From Trypanosoma brucei (Eukaryota), in the NCBI GenBank assembly GCA_000002445.1, contig CM000208.1, positions 288,001 to 352,000 of the forward strand: a stretch of 64,000 nt of DNA, given 5' to 3'. Below, piece by piece: positions 21,702 to 31,571 of this stretch (position 1 is the stretch's first letter; every line of letters begins with the position of its first letter). The position numbers and the translations under genes were made by a program. The notes below the pieces were generated by a model. That model did not search any database. It was not told where the DNA came from and was given only the letters and a program-made list of their open reading frames with translations.

Positions 21702-22148
21702 CTAAGCTTCTGCTAATTGTTCCATCTGAGCGCTGTTCAAACGCTCCTGCAACTCTCTTACCTCAGCTAGGAGTTTTTCCGCGCGCAGGGCATCGCGCTG
21801 ATGGGCGTGCCAGTAATTGTATTCTTGATCCATGTGGCCCAAGCGAAGCGCCTCCGCTTGTAATGTGGACGATATACGGTGAGAGGAGTCGTCATCCTTA
21901 ACATTTGCCTGATTCTGTAGTGCCTGTCTGCGATGCATGCGTTCGACCTCGTTGTAGTACAGCACTGCCTTCCTTCGAAGCTCTACGTGTGGACCATCCC
22001 GCTGCCGCTCAAAGTAATCCGAAATTTTGTAGCGTAGCGGGAAAGTCGCAGTTACACCAACAACCATCAAGAGCGGGGCGTACGACTGAGGGGAATGACT
22101 CATAAAGCCAAGTGGCGAGTACCACGGTCGTTTGGCGTACCGCACCAT
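21702..22148 (-). CDS. Small hypothetical protein (148 aa) with one predicted TM segment and a C-terminal coiled-coil
   Basis: The ORF contains the hydrophobic PLLMVVGVTATFPL and a C-terminal ALRAEKLLAEVRELQERLNSAQMEQLAEA. Coding status rests on its strand and on it being the only ORF in the gap. Confidence 0.35.
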   Translation of the reverse strand: MVRYAKRPWYSPLGFMSHSPQSYAPLLMVVGVTATFPLRYKISDYFERQRDGPHVELRRKAVLYYNEVERMHRRQALQNQANVKDDDSSHRISSTLQAEALRLGHMDQEYNYWHAHQRDALRAEKLLAEVRELQERLNSAQMEQLAEA

Positions 22149-23345
22149 GTTGCTGTCGTGATAACTAATATTATTTCCTACTTTTATCGTCCCTACAAAC
22201 GGTTAGGAGCACACTTCTCCCCTCCAACCCTACCTATTTTGGTAATTTCCACTTGTCTCCAGTTACTCCCTACTATGAATGATGTGTCTCTGCTTATCAG
22301 AGCACTGGATGCGCTAGACACAGAGCAGGAGCAAGGAAAAAAAAGATTCCAATCACATAAAAAGCAGTAAAAATCACCAAATCACGGAGATACTGCGCTA
22401 TTTTTTCTCACACCCCACAGCCACGCTATCATGTGCAAAGAAAGGGGGAAAACACTCTGCTCTTCCTCAAAAATATTCAGCATTTCTGAAAGTTATCCAC
22501 TTTTTCTCTTTTTTTTTTGTTCACACCTCAGCCTCAAGATGTAAATTCTTGCCATATATTTCCTGCACTTTAGATATCTTGCCCTACTAAGGGTTAACGT
22601 TCCGCTTGTCCTGCATTTCTAAGCTGGGGTCCATCTGCGAAGGGGCAAGATGACTTTAGCTATTCCTTCTTTTCTTTATATTGATGTAATTCCCATACGC
22701 ACACAGCGGCGAGCAATGACGAAAAACAGCAAGTTGAGATTGTGCAAATAAAAGGCAAACCTAAACAGGGAATTTTGAAGATTCAACAATATATAAGTCC
22801 CTTTTCTTCCTTCCTTCTAAAAGGCATTTACATCGTCATACTCCCCACACACGCCGCGCTCCCTCCGCACCGAACACGAAGTGTGGAAATATCCATTCTT
22901 CTTTCGAATTCTCCCCCACCTTTTATCTTTTTTGGCAAAGCACATCTCACTTCGACAAGGCCACTCAGTACTCACGCCTCCCAGTTTCGCACAAGCACTC
23001 GCATGATGAAGCAGACATATGCAGAGTAAAATTTTAAAAAGTATAGAGGCAGATATATATGTTTGTAGACATATTGGTGCATGCACTTGGATGCCCGTCC
23101 GTGAAGCATACGGTTGGATCAATCTTGCTTTTTTTTCAATTTTTGGAGCACCGTTTAAGGAAGGAAAGGGGGCTGCGACCCCACAGGAGCAGCAGTCAGC
23201 AATAATAACATATGAATTTCTCTATATTCTTTGCTATTTCGGTCGTTGGTGTTTTCGTGGTTTTCTCTTCCCTTGAACTCTCTCTCTCTCTACGCTCATA
23301 TACGTGATTGGCAGGCGTGGTTTAGCTACTGCAAACATGGCACCC

Positions 23346-26300
23346 CTAAATCCCGAAGACGGGAGAATCAGCCGCACCGCACCACGGGCAAGCTTTAGCC
23401 AGAGTTATGTACCGGGTCCAGTCATCCTGGTTGGCTGGTCGTTGGCAGTTGCGGCACTTGACGACACCACCGCCAACAATCGGATACCCCGTGACGGCGC
23501 ATTCGGGGTAAGTGACCCCAGCTGGCGACTGCAAAGAACCCTCAAACATTTCCACTTGGCCTTGCGGATCTGTTACTGTAGGAAGATGGGGATCTAAACT
23601 ATTGTCGATGGAGATGGCAAGAACCCATCTATTGACCTCTTCTTCCGATGTCTTCTCCACACTGGAACTTTTCGGCATTGGATACTTCTTCGGGAAATCT
23701 GTGCAGTCGAAGTCGCCGTTGTCTATGGCGCTACTATCAACCGCACCATCCTCAATTTTTTCGGAGATATCAAGGAAACGATTGAGATACAAGAAGGCGA
23801 TGGCATCTTGGCCGGAATTCCTTGCTGCCATCCCGGCGTCATAGAACGCCTTCTCGGGTGCGATGTGAGGAATCCACCGAGGGAGACCAAGCATCAGTTT
23901 AAGGGCATAGTCGTCAAGCGAAAGCTCCCGCATGCGCGCGGACATGTAGTAGATGTGTATGATATGTGCGAAGGCGTTTGCTTTGGCGACATCCTCTTGC
24001 TTTTGCCCCGATCTCGACATGCTTTCCACGACATCGGAGAAACATGTGTGAAATCGCTCAAGTTTCAAATCACTGTCAGGCCGCAGAGGCAGCTGTGCCA
24101 GTATACGATCCGCCATCTCGAGCCATGTCTCGTAAAAGCGGAAGTCACCTGGGTCAAGCGGAAGCTCCTCCACTACCCCAAGCGCAGCACCTAGCTCACC
24201 CTTGTTCGCATGATACTTCATCTTCAGGCCAGCCACATATTTCATTTCTTCGGGTGGCCGCTGCTTTGCCATGCGAAGAGCATTCTCCCAATCATTATTC
24301 GCAATGTATGCCTTGAATGCAGCCTCAGGATCGATCTCCTCAACCATTTTGGCATCCTTCATGCCGCCACCTTCAATACTGTTCTGTACTATGGCACGTT
24401 TGACATAATCTTCAAGTTCAGGGCTAATATGTTTGGCCAGGTACTCCGCGAGGTCAAACTTTTTACCTTCCACATACATGTTAATTGCGCCCTTGTAATC
24501 CTCGCAGTCCTCCAGACACTTACCTGCCTCCACATATCTCTGCGCTTCCTTCAACTTACCAGTGGCGACGCGCAAGACATTCTTGAGCATATTACGGTCA
24601 TGTTTCTGGGCCACCTTCACAGCCCTCACCCAAAGATTGGCCAGAACGTTGGGATTTTGCACCTGCTCTGCCGTAGCACCGAGGTACGTTTCGACTGCCA
24701 TTTGATACTCACCATGCTCCTCCAAGACTGCGCCAGCCTTCTGGGGATCACTTGACTGCAGTGCAATACGCTTTGCAATCTCACCCAGCATGTCTGGATA
24801 GTATTCCTTCGCCACGCGCTGGGCATCCGTATACATACGATTCTCCATGTATAGCTTCAACAGCGGCTCGGGGGCATTCGCACGAATGAAAAAGCTTTCC
24901 GCTTCACGGTAGTTACTTTTCTGAAAGCATGCCCGTCCCTGAGCCTGAAGAATGGAAGGAATGGCTGTCTGGTCGTAGCCTTCCGCCACTCTCATCGCAT
25001 TTTCGAACTCGTGCTGGTGCAGGTACATATCAATGGCCTCGCGCGGTTTTCCAGACTTCAAAAACGCCTCTTCGGCCATGCGGAAGTCACCCTGATCCTC
25101 GTAGTACATAGCATATTTGAGGTACACATAAGGCAATTTAGCAGGTTGTGCCAGTTGAGCCCATTGCAGTGCCAGGTCGAACTTTTGTGCCTCCAGTGCG
25201 GCCTCTATACCTGGGTTAATAAATGAAAACTTCATGAGTAGCCGTACGCCGTCCTCTGCTTCCACAACCATGGCACGAGAGAGAACCACTTGCTTCGCCG
25301 CGTTTGCTCCACCGTGCACCTTCGCTACACGAACAGCATCCTCCCACATCTCATGATCTCGGTACATATTAACTGCCCGACCCCAGTCTTTACCGGCCAC
25401 ATAATGTGTTTCAGCCATCTTGTAGTTACTCTCCTTCTCGAATTGAGCGGCCAGCGAAAGGTGCGTCTTAGACAGAAAATCGGGGCGGTACGCCTGAACG
25501 AGGCGAATCATATTTGTGTAATCGCGCGCCTTCTTGTACATAACAATGGCCTGATCCGGTTCGTTCACCTTCACGTAGATGCGCTCTGCACCGGCGTAAT
25601 CACCCTTAGTTTCCAAACGCTTAGCTTGGTCAACAAAGAGTGCGACCAACTGCTGCTGCGAGAGGTGCCGTTGTGCCACACGATACATGTGGTCGGCCAT
25701 TCCTGCACGGCTGTACATGTCCACCGCCTCGTTGATCGCATTAGCCTTGATGTAGAATTTCTCGGCTTCGCCATATTGATGCAATTCTTCGTAGTGGCGG
25801 GCTATATTCTTATAGAAACCTTTGACGGTCTCATCGTTGTCGCTACCCACCGTTTGGCTCTCAAGAATGTGCGCGGCCTTACTCCACTGCCTTGAGTCAA
25901 TGGCCGCCTTCACTGCTTTGTCGTATTTTTTCGCTTCGATGTAGTGGTTTATTGCTTGATCTACGTGCTTCTGTGAGACAAGGTAATCACCCCACTCCTC
26001 TTCTAGTGCAACCACTCGATCAGGAACAGCGCGCTTAGCAAACTCCACAGCACGACTGTAGACATGTCCCTTTTTGTATGCTTGAATAGCGCGGTCGTTC
26101 ATCTTGAGTTTCTCAAAGAAATCGCCGGCCTTTTCAAACACTTGAGCCTTAAACAAGGAGGCCGCGATGGCCTCCAGTAACTGCGACTCTGGTTTCATGT
26201 TATTCGCAGATATGACGTTAGCCGCTCGGGCCGGGGTACCGCCGCGCAAGTATAAGTTGATAGCATCGTTATGCTTACCCTCACGTTCCTTCTGCTCACC

Positions 26301-28604
26301 AGCCTTTTCAAACTGGCCAGTTTCCACGAGCCAATTGTAATAGCGGGTACGCTTATTAGCGAGGTCTGGCCAGCCGCGGGCCTCTGCAATGCTGATACTT
26401 TCATCAAACCGGTTCAGCTCCTCCCACATTGCCATAGCATCTTCGATCTTAGCATTCTCAAGGTAGAGTTGCTCAGCTTGTTTGTAGTCCTTGTTCAGCA
26501 TCGACAGCTCGGCGCGCACGGCGTAATGGTCATATCCATCCGTCGCCCCTCCACTAGACCGTGCTTCAGACACCGCTAGTTCATTGATTTGATTCAGGGA
26601 ATTAACCTTCGCCATGTCTCCTAATGCAGCGTAACAGCGCTGGGCAATGGGAAGTTTCAATTCCTGCAGTGCAAGTGAAGCAAGGTTAGCCCACATTGCT
26701 TCCGTTTCGGGAGTGAGCGCAATTTGATCAAGCAAGTCACATGCCTTGATGTAATCGTGATCCTCCATCGCGGTTCCAAACTCAATGAGTGCCTCGTCGA
26801 GACCATATGCAACTGTGTTGACGCCTTCATCAACAATCACTTCCGTCTTGCCGTTTCCGCGCTCGATACCCTCCACTTCGCCCTTAATAGGGACGACAGC
26901 CACGCGGTCCGGAGAGTTGATACTGTACCAGACGCACAGTTCCACACGATTCTGTGCGACTACCACATCGCTTCCAGGTACCCACTGCACATAAGTGCAA
27001 TAGTTCAACAGCGTTGTGCGATTTTGTTCTTCCAGGTCGTACAGGAACAACTGGTGCTGTTTATCGCGGAACAATAGTTTGTTAGCGCGGTAATTGAGCT
27101 CAAGCCAGTCGATGCGGCATTGGTGGGAAAGCCGTGCAACCGCAGTACCACTGGACAGGTCATCGATTTGCGCTGTTTGTCTGTCGATGAGGTAAGCAAT
27201 GAATTTACGACCTTGTTGTCCTTCACCTTCGCTGGTGATAGATGGGTCATGCACCCGAACCGAAATTCGATGTGCATTTCTTTCTTCCGTGCGGCATGTA
27301 CCAAGGATCTCATTCTTACCATATTCGATCAAGCATAACTCACCTGCAGCAAAGACCATACAAACTTGTGGGTTGTCAAATACAAATTTTTCGCGTCCGG
27401 ACAGCTGCCACGGAACCTCTGAGAGTTTGCACGAAATGAGGTCACCAACAAGAAGGGTCGTGGAGGTATGAGCCACTAGATATCGGTCCTGGTGAACATT
27501 TACACACTGTACTTCATACCCAAGGCTGGAGCGAAGTACGATGCGCGTCCCTGTGGCCAGCCGCTTCACGATGACCTGGTTATGACTAACATATGTGAAT
27601 TCAAAAGCACCACGGAGGCGATAGCGCTTGAGACATACGTCAAACATATCAACTGCTCCAGCCAAAGACCCTGTCACAAAACGACTTCCATCGTACTTCC
27701 ATGATATAGCAGAGAAACTGCATGAGTTGGGCACACGTATCACTGCACCTTCTTCCCACTTGCGAGACCGCAGATTAAAGTCAAAGAGTCGCAACTGCTC
27801 GCGACTGGCCAGGACAATCGCGTGACCGCTGGGATTAAAGCTGCCGACAGTAAATTCTCCCTCGTCCTCCGCCTTGTAGTCAAAGCTTTGCACTTTTTGA
27901 CCACTACGATCGTAAAAAGTAACAAAAGAGTTCTGCCCTGCAGCACAGATATTCTCTCCCCATAACAAGACATACGGGGGATGTCCGTGATTGAAGAGCT
28001 TCTTTGACCCTGAGCCTCCGCCCGCATCCTCGGACTCAAAGGTGTATTGATAAACAGCACCGTCGAGATGACCCGAAATTACCTTATTTCCGTCAGGGCT
28101 GCTCGCAATCGACACAACCGCATGTTCATGAGCGTAAAGAGCCTGAGATTTGTTTGCCTTTAAGATGCCAACCTTCACCTTTCCATCTAGAGTTCCGAAG
28201 ACAACAAGCTCCACGCCCTGTGAGGTCTCTGGCCAACACAGGCAGGTCACCGGACTGTTCTGTGGGAACTTACTGCAGATGGCCTTCTTCTCACCCCACT
28301 CAATGCCCACCCGGTAGATAGCAACGATCCCATCAGATTGCCCAATGGCGATTTTGGAGCTGTCAGGTGAGAACGCCATTCCTTCAATAACAAAGGCTTT
28401 TCCATTCTTACCATCGGCAGCCTTTGTGGGAAATTTATCCCGACGTTCCCCATGTTCATCATACAAATTGACGACACGATTGTTGTCAGCAACAGCGAGA
28501 CGCTTATTATTAGGCGACCAGCAGATAGCTTGCGTCCGGGCGATCCCCTGCTGGCACGCCATGAGCGTCTTGTAGTGTTTTACCTGCATGGTAGACAGTA
28601 GCAA
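23346..28604 (-). CDS. IFT172: Intraflagellar transport protein 172 (IFT-B), 1752 aa
   Basis: The N-terminus [66 protein letters not shown]...[39 protein letters not shown] matches IFT172 ([33 protein letters not shown]...[21 protein letters not shown]...[18 protein letters not shown]...DWGDKKVICNKF). WD40 beta-propellers are followed by ~1000 aa of TPR-like repeats (YxxA/YxxL periodicity), and the length matches. Confidence 0.9.
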   Translation of the reverse strand: [1752 protein letters not shown]

Positions 28605-29110
28605 GAGTTAACCACAACAGATGTTTTGAGATTCCTTCCCTTACCCCTTCCTGTGGGCAAAAGTAACCCCTTGGTATATATGCGCTTCAGCTACCACAGT
28701 ACTTTTGCTTTTTAACAGGTTCTAAATTATTTCTATTCCTTTTTCACTTGTACCCCTTTTTGTGTTGCTTGCTTTGTGTGTGTATGGGCGTGTACGCTCC
28801 CTTTCAGTGCCCGGAGAGTAACACGCAACTAAAACTCCCCGATAAACAAGGGGAAAACATGTATAAAACAAGCGAACGAAACGATGGTGAGGATACACAG
28901 TTTTAGAATCCACCACAGCCAATGAAGTGAAGAGTTTAAAAATCTTAAGTAGCTGTTAAGGGCAACAGATACGCGCCATGCACCCCATACACTTAAAGTG
29001 TCATAGATCAAAAGAATATGACACTGCGCTGAACAATCATGAATTGACAACTGGCCACGTACGCCGCGTACGAAGCAAGTAACCTCACGTTTCCCGTTAC
29101 ACATTTCCCT

Positions 29111-30556
29111 TTAAAAACAAAAGGATCCGTCATCCTGGGTTTCGCCTTCGTCTAACGAATCTTTGGCCGGTCCCTCACCCACCGTTCCTCCACCCTGGCG
29201 TAGTGATTGCAAAAGAACACGCCGCACGCGGCTGATGGGAACTTCATCATCGCAGCGAGAAGCATTAAACGCACCTCGTTCACTCCCCCCAACCAGACTT
29301 GTGAAGAAATTCCTATCAACACAACTTCTCCGTACGGCAAAAATAAGTGCCTCTGAGTCCGTCGCCTTCTTCTTGGTTGCGATATTGTACAAAACCACCT
29401 TGGCATCATTCCCTGTTCCTTCGGAATTGCTGCATTCAGTCGATGTTCTCCCCTCTCTCCCAGCGTCCCTCTCACGTCCCACCAACCTCCTCTTCCTCTT
29501 CCCTGCGAATGCCCGACAAAGCAAAGGGAACGGCCTATGGACATCTGTAGGTTTCGCAAATAGTGACTCGACCCACCGAACGTCAGATATCTCTTTGTCC
29601 TGCACAGACATAAATAACGTAGAAAGGAGTCTATGAGACCACCACTCGCGGCCGTAATGAAGTAACAGCTCATCGCCCTCCTTAAGATCAACGACAGGCA
29701 TCAGAACCAAGAGTTGTGTGTTATCGTCAACAGTGAGGCGGACGTTAGCCTTGCATGTCAGGGCGCGGACCAGTCTCAACTGTCCCGTGTACTGTTCCTT
29801 CTCTACGGCAACAACTGATTCATGGGAACTCCCGCCAGTGGCATCAGACCCAATCAACTCCGCTTGCTCAACGCCTACGCTCGTATCCTCGTACACTTGC
29901 ATACGTTCCCTGTGCCTTCTCCAGTAGGTAGGGCTCGCCAAGTCATCATTTGGAGGCATTTCCCAAAGTATTCCGTCATTAATCTCAAATAAATGCTCTT
30001 CTTGGATGCAGAGCGGTGACACAGCCCCCGCTGAAGTACTGCGACCAGGAGATGCGGCTGCAGAAGACTGCATTGCATCCCCTTTGTCTTCCACAACAGT
30101 TTCGTCTTCTTCATCTTCAAAGTCAGCAGGATTACAGTCGCCGCCAGAAGCAGTGAAAACGCCCTGTTCTTCACCCTCATATCGCAGACCCAAAGAACCG
30201 GAACCATTCCCCGTAGAACACACGTGAGTGTAGCGATGGTGGTGCCGCTGCATCCATGCCCTCAGTCCGGAAGGATCAGAGAGCGGTGCGTGAGTGCTGG
30301 GTGCGAGTAAATACCAACCACGCAACGTGGCGATATTGAAGCACATCCCACTGCTAAACTGGTGTCGCAGGGCAAGAAACCGCCTCAGTGATATCGTGCG
30401 TCTGGGTGCACTAATAAGATTACACAGGTACGGAGGAGAAGTAGCTCCAACCGTTGGCGCTATTTCCACCGGAGTGAACTTTTTAAGAGCGCAAGTGAGG
30501 AAGACGCCTGTAGCCCCAGGGACAACTTTGCTGGGCCCAAGACAGGTCAGGGGCAT
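29111..30556 (-). CDS. SET-domain-like protein (split SET), 481 aa
   Basis: The N-terminal SET-N-like segment reads GATGVFLTCALKKFTPVEIAP (the GxGVFA...I.KG..I.EY pattern). The C-terminal segment reads RALTCKANVRLTVDDNTQLLVLMPVVDLKEGDELLLHYGREWW (degenerate NHSC.PN followed by the GEEL..DYG post-SET-like motif). A long acidic/Ser-rich insertion separates the two. Confidence 0.5.
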   Translation of the reverse strand: MPLTCLGPSKVVPGATGVFLTCALKKFTPVEIAPTVGATSPPYLCNLISAPRRTISLRRFLALRHQFSSGMCFNIATLRGWYLLAPSTHAPLSDPSGLRAWMQRHHHRYTHVCSTGNGSGSLGLRYEGEEQGVFTASGGDCNPADFEDEEDETVVEDKGDAMQSSAAASPGRSTSAGAVSPLCIQEEHLFEINDGILWEMPPNDDLASPTYWRRHRERMQVYEDTSVGVEQAELIGSDATGGSSHESVVAVEKEQYTGQLRLVRALTCKANVRLTVDDNTQLLVLMPVVDLKEGDELLLHYGREWWSHRLLSTLFMSVQDKEISDVRWVESLFAKPTDVHRPFPLLCRAFAGKRKRRLVGRERDAGREGRTSTECSNSEGTGNDAKVVLYNIATKKKATDSEALIFAVRRSCVDRNFFTSLVGGSERGAFNASRCDDEVPISRVRRVLLQSLRQGGGTVGEGPAKDSLDEGETQDDGSFCF

Positions 30557-31028
30557 GACAATAAACTACAATCACCGTCGGTCTTCCTTATGTCTACCGT
30601 ATGCGAAGGGTTGTATAACGTTTGGCAAATGCATAGGGAAAAGGGGTAACGTAAACAACACCCAAGGCAACAACAAACCAGAGGCTCTTCGACACACTCC
30701 CCCCTCCCTGAATGCTTTCCCATATCCACGTCTTGCAACAAGAACGTCATATAGTCGTTGTCACAACCAACCACCGTTTTTTACCGCTTAATCCATCTAA
30801 CTAAAACCTCATTCCCATGCCATTTTCGGTGTAGTACTTTTTACCGCTTTTTCCCTCGACAACAGGCAATTTCTTTTTGTAGGGAGCAGAGGTATATGTG
30901 CGGTGGTGTAAAGATATTAAACCGCCACAAAGGAATATATATATATGTAGAAGATGGAAGCAACGGGAGGAGGTACTCTGGCAATTCGGGGGTAAGAATC
31001 AAGCTAATTTTTTAACGGTACAATACAA

Positions 31029-31040
31029 GGGGGGGGGGGG
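31029..31040. repeat. G12 homopolymer (intergenic)
   Basis: caatacaaggggggggggggaaaataggg. Confidence 0.9.
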
Positions 31041-31571
31041 AAAATAGGGATAACAAACCACAATTAACGCAATTTGATGTGCAACGCCAGATCTGGCATG
31101 TCGCTGCAGACCTTCACTCCCGTTTTCCCACCGGCACAAGTGCCAAAATCTACGTGTTCGAGGGTAGCGAGCAAAAACGAACCCTCTAACGAATCGGCAC
31201 CAGCGATAGCTAGCACAAAGGGAATAACATAGCTCACGCTTTATTCGAGCATGAAATAAGAAACTTATTCCATGCGACACCCCCTAGTAGCCGGCACGAG
31301 ACAAGTTAACGCACTGCGACATGCACACCTAACCGAAACGGCCGTGTGTGCACAATTCCCTCCAAATGACCAAGGTACTTCATCACACTTTGTGATTCAC
31401 CCCGCGTCGAGTCTATACAGTTTAACTTGTATCTAAATATATATATATATATATGCGTGTATATCTTCGCCTCACTCGTGGTGCAGGAGGCAACCACCAT
31501 ACTGAAGAGATACGCGCTATGACCATGACCCGCGGGGATGCTCCCAAACAACGAGCACACAAGTGAGTATA

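Noticed and set aside
23512-27471. Plus-strand ORFs inside IFT172 (e.g. 24210..24755, 25290..25895)
   Set aside because: They are antisense to IFT172, which is supported by unmistakable homology. No motifs.
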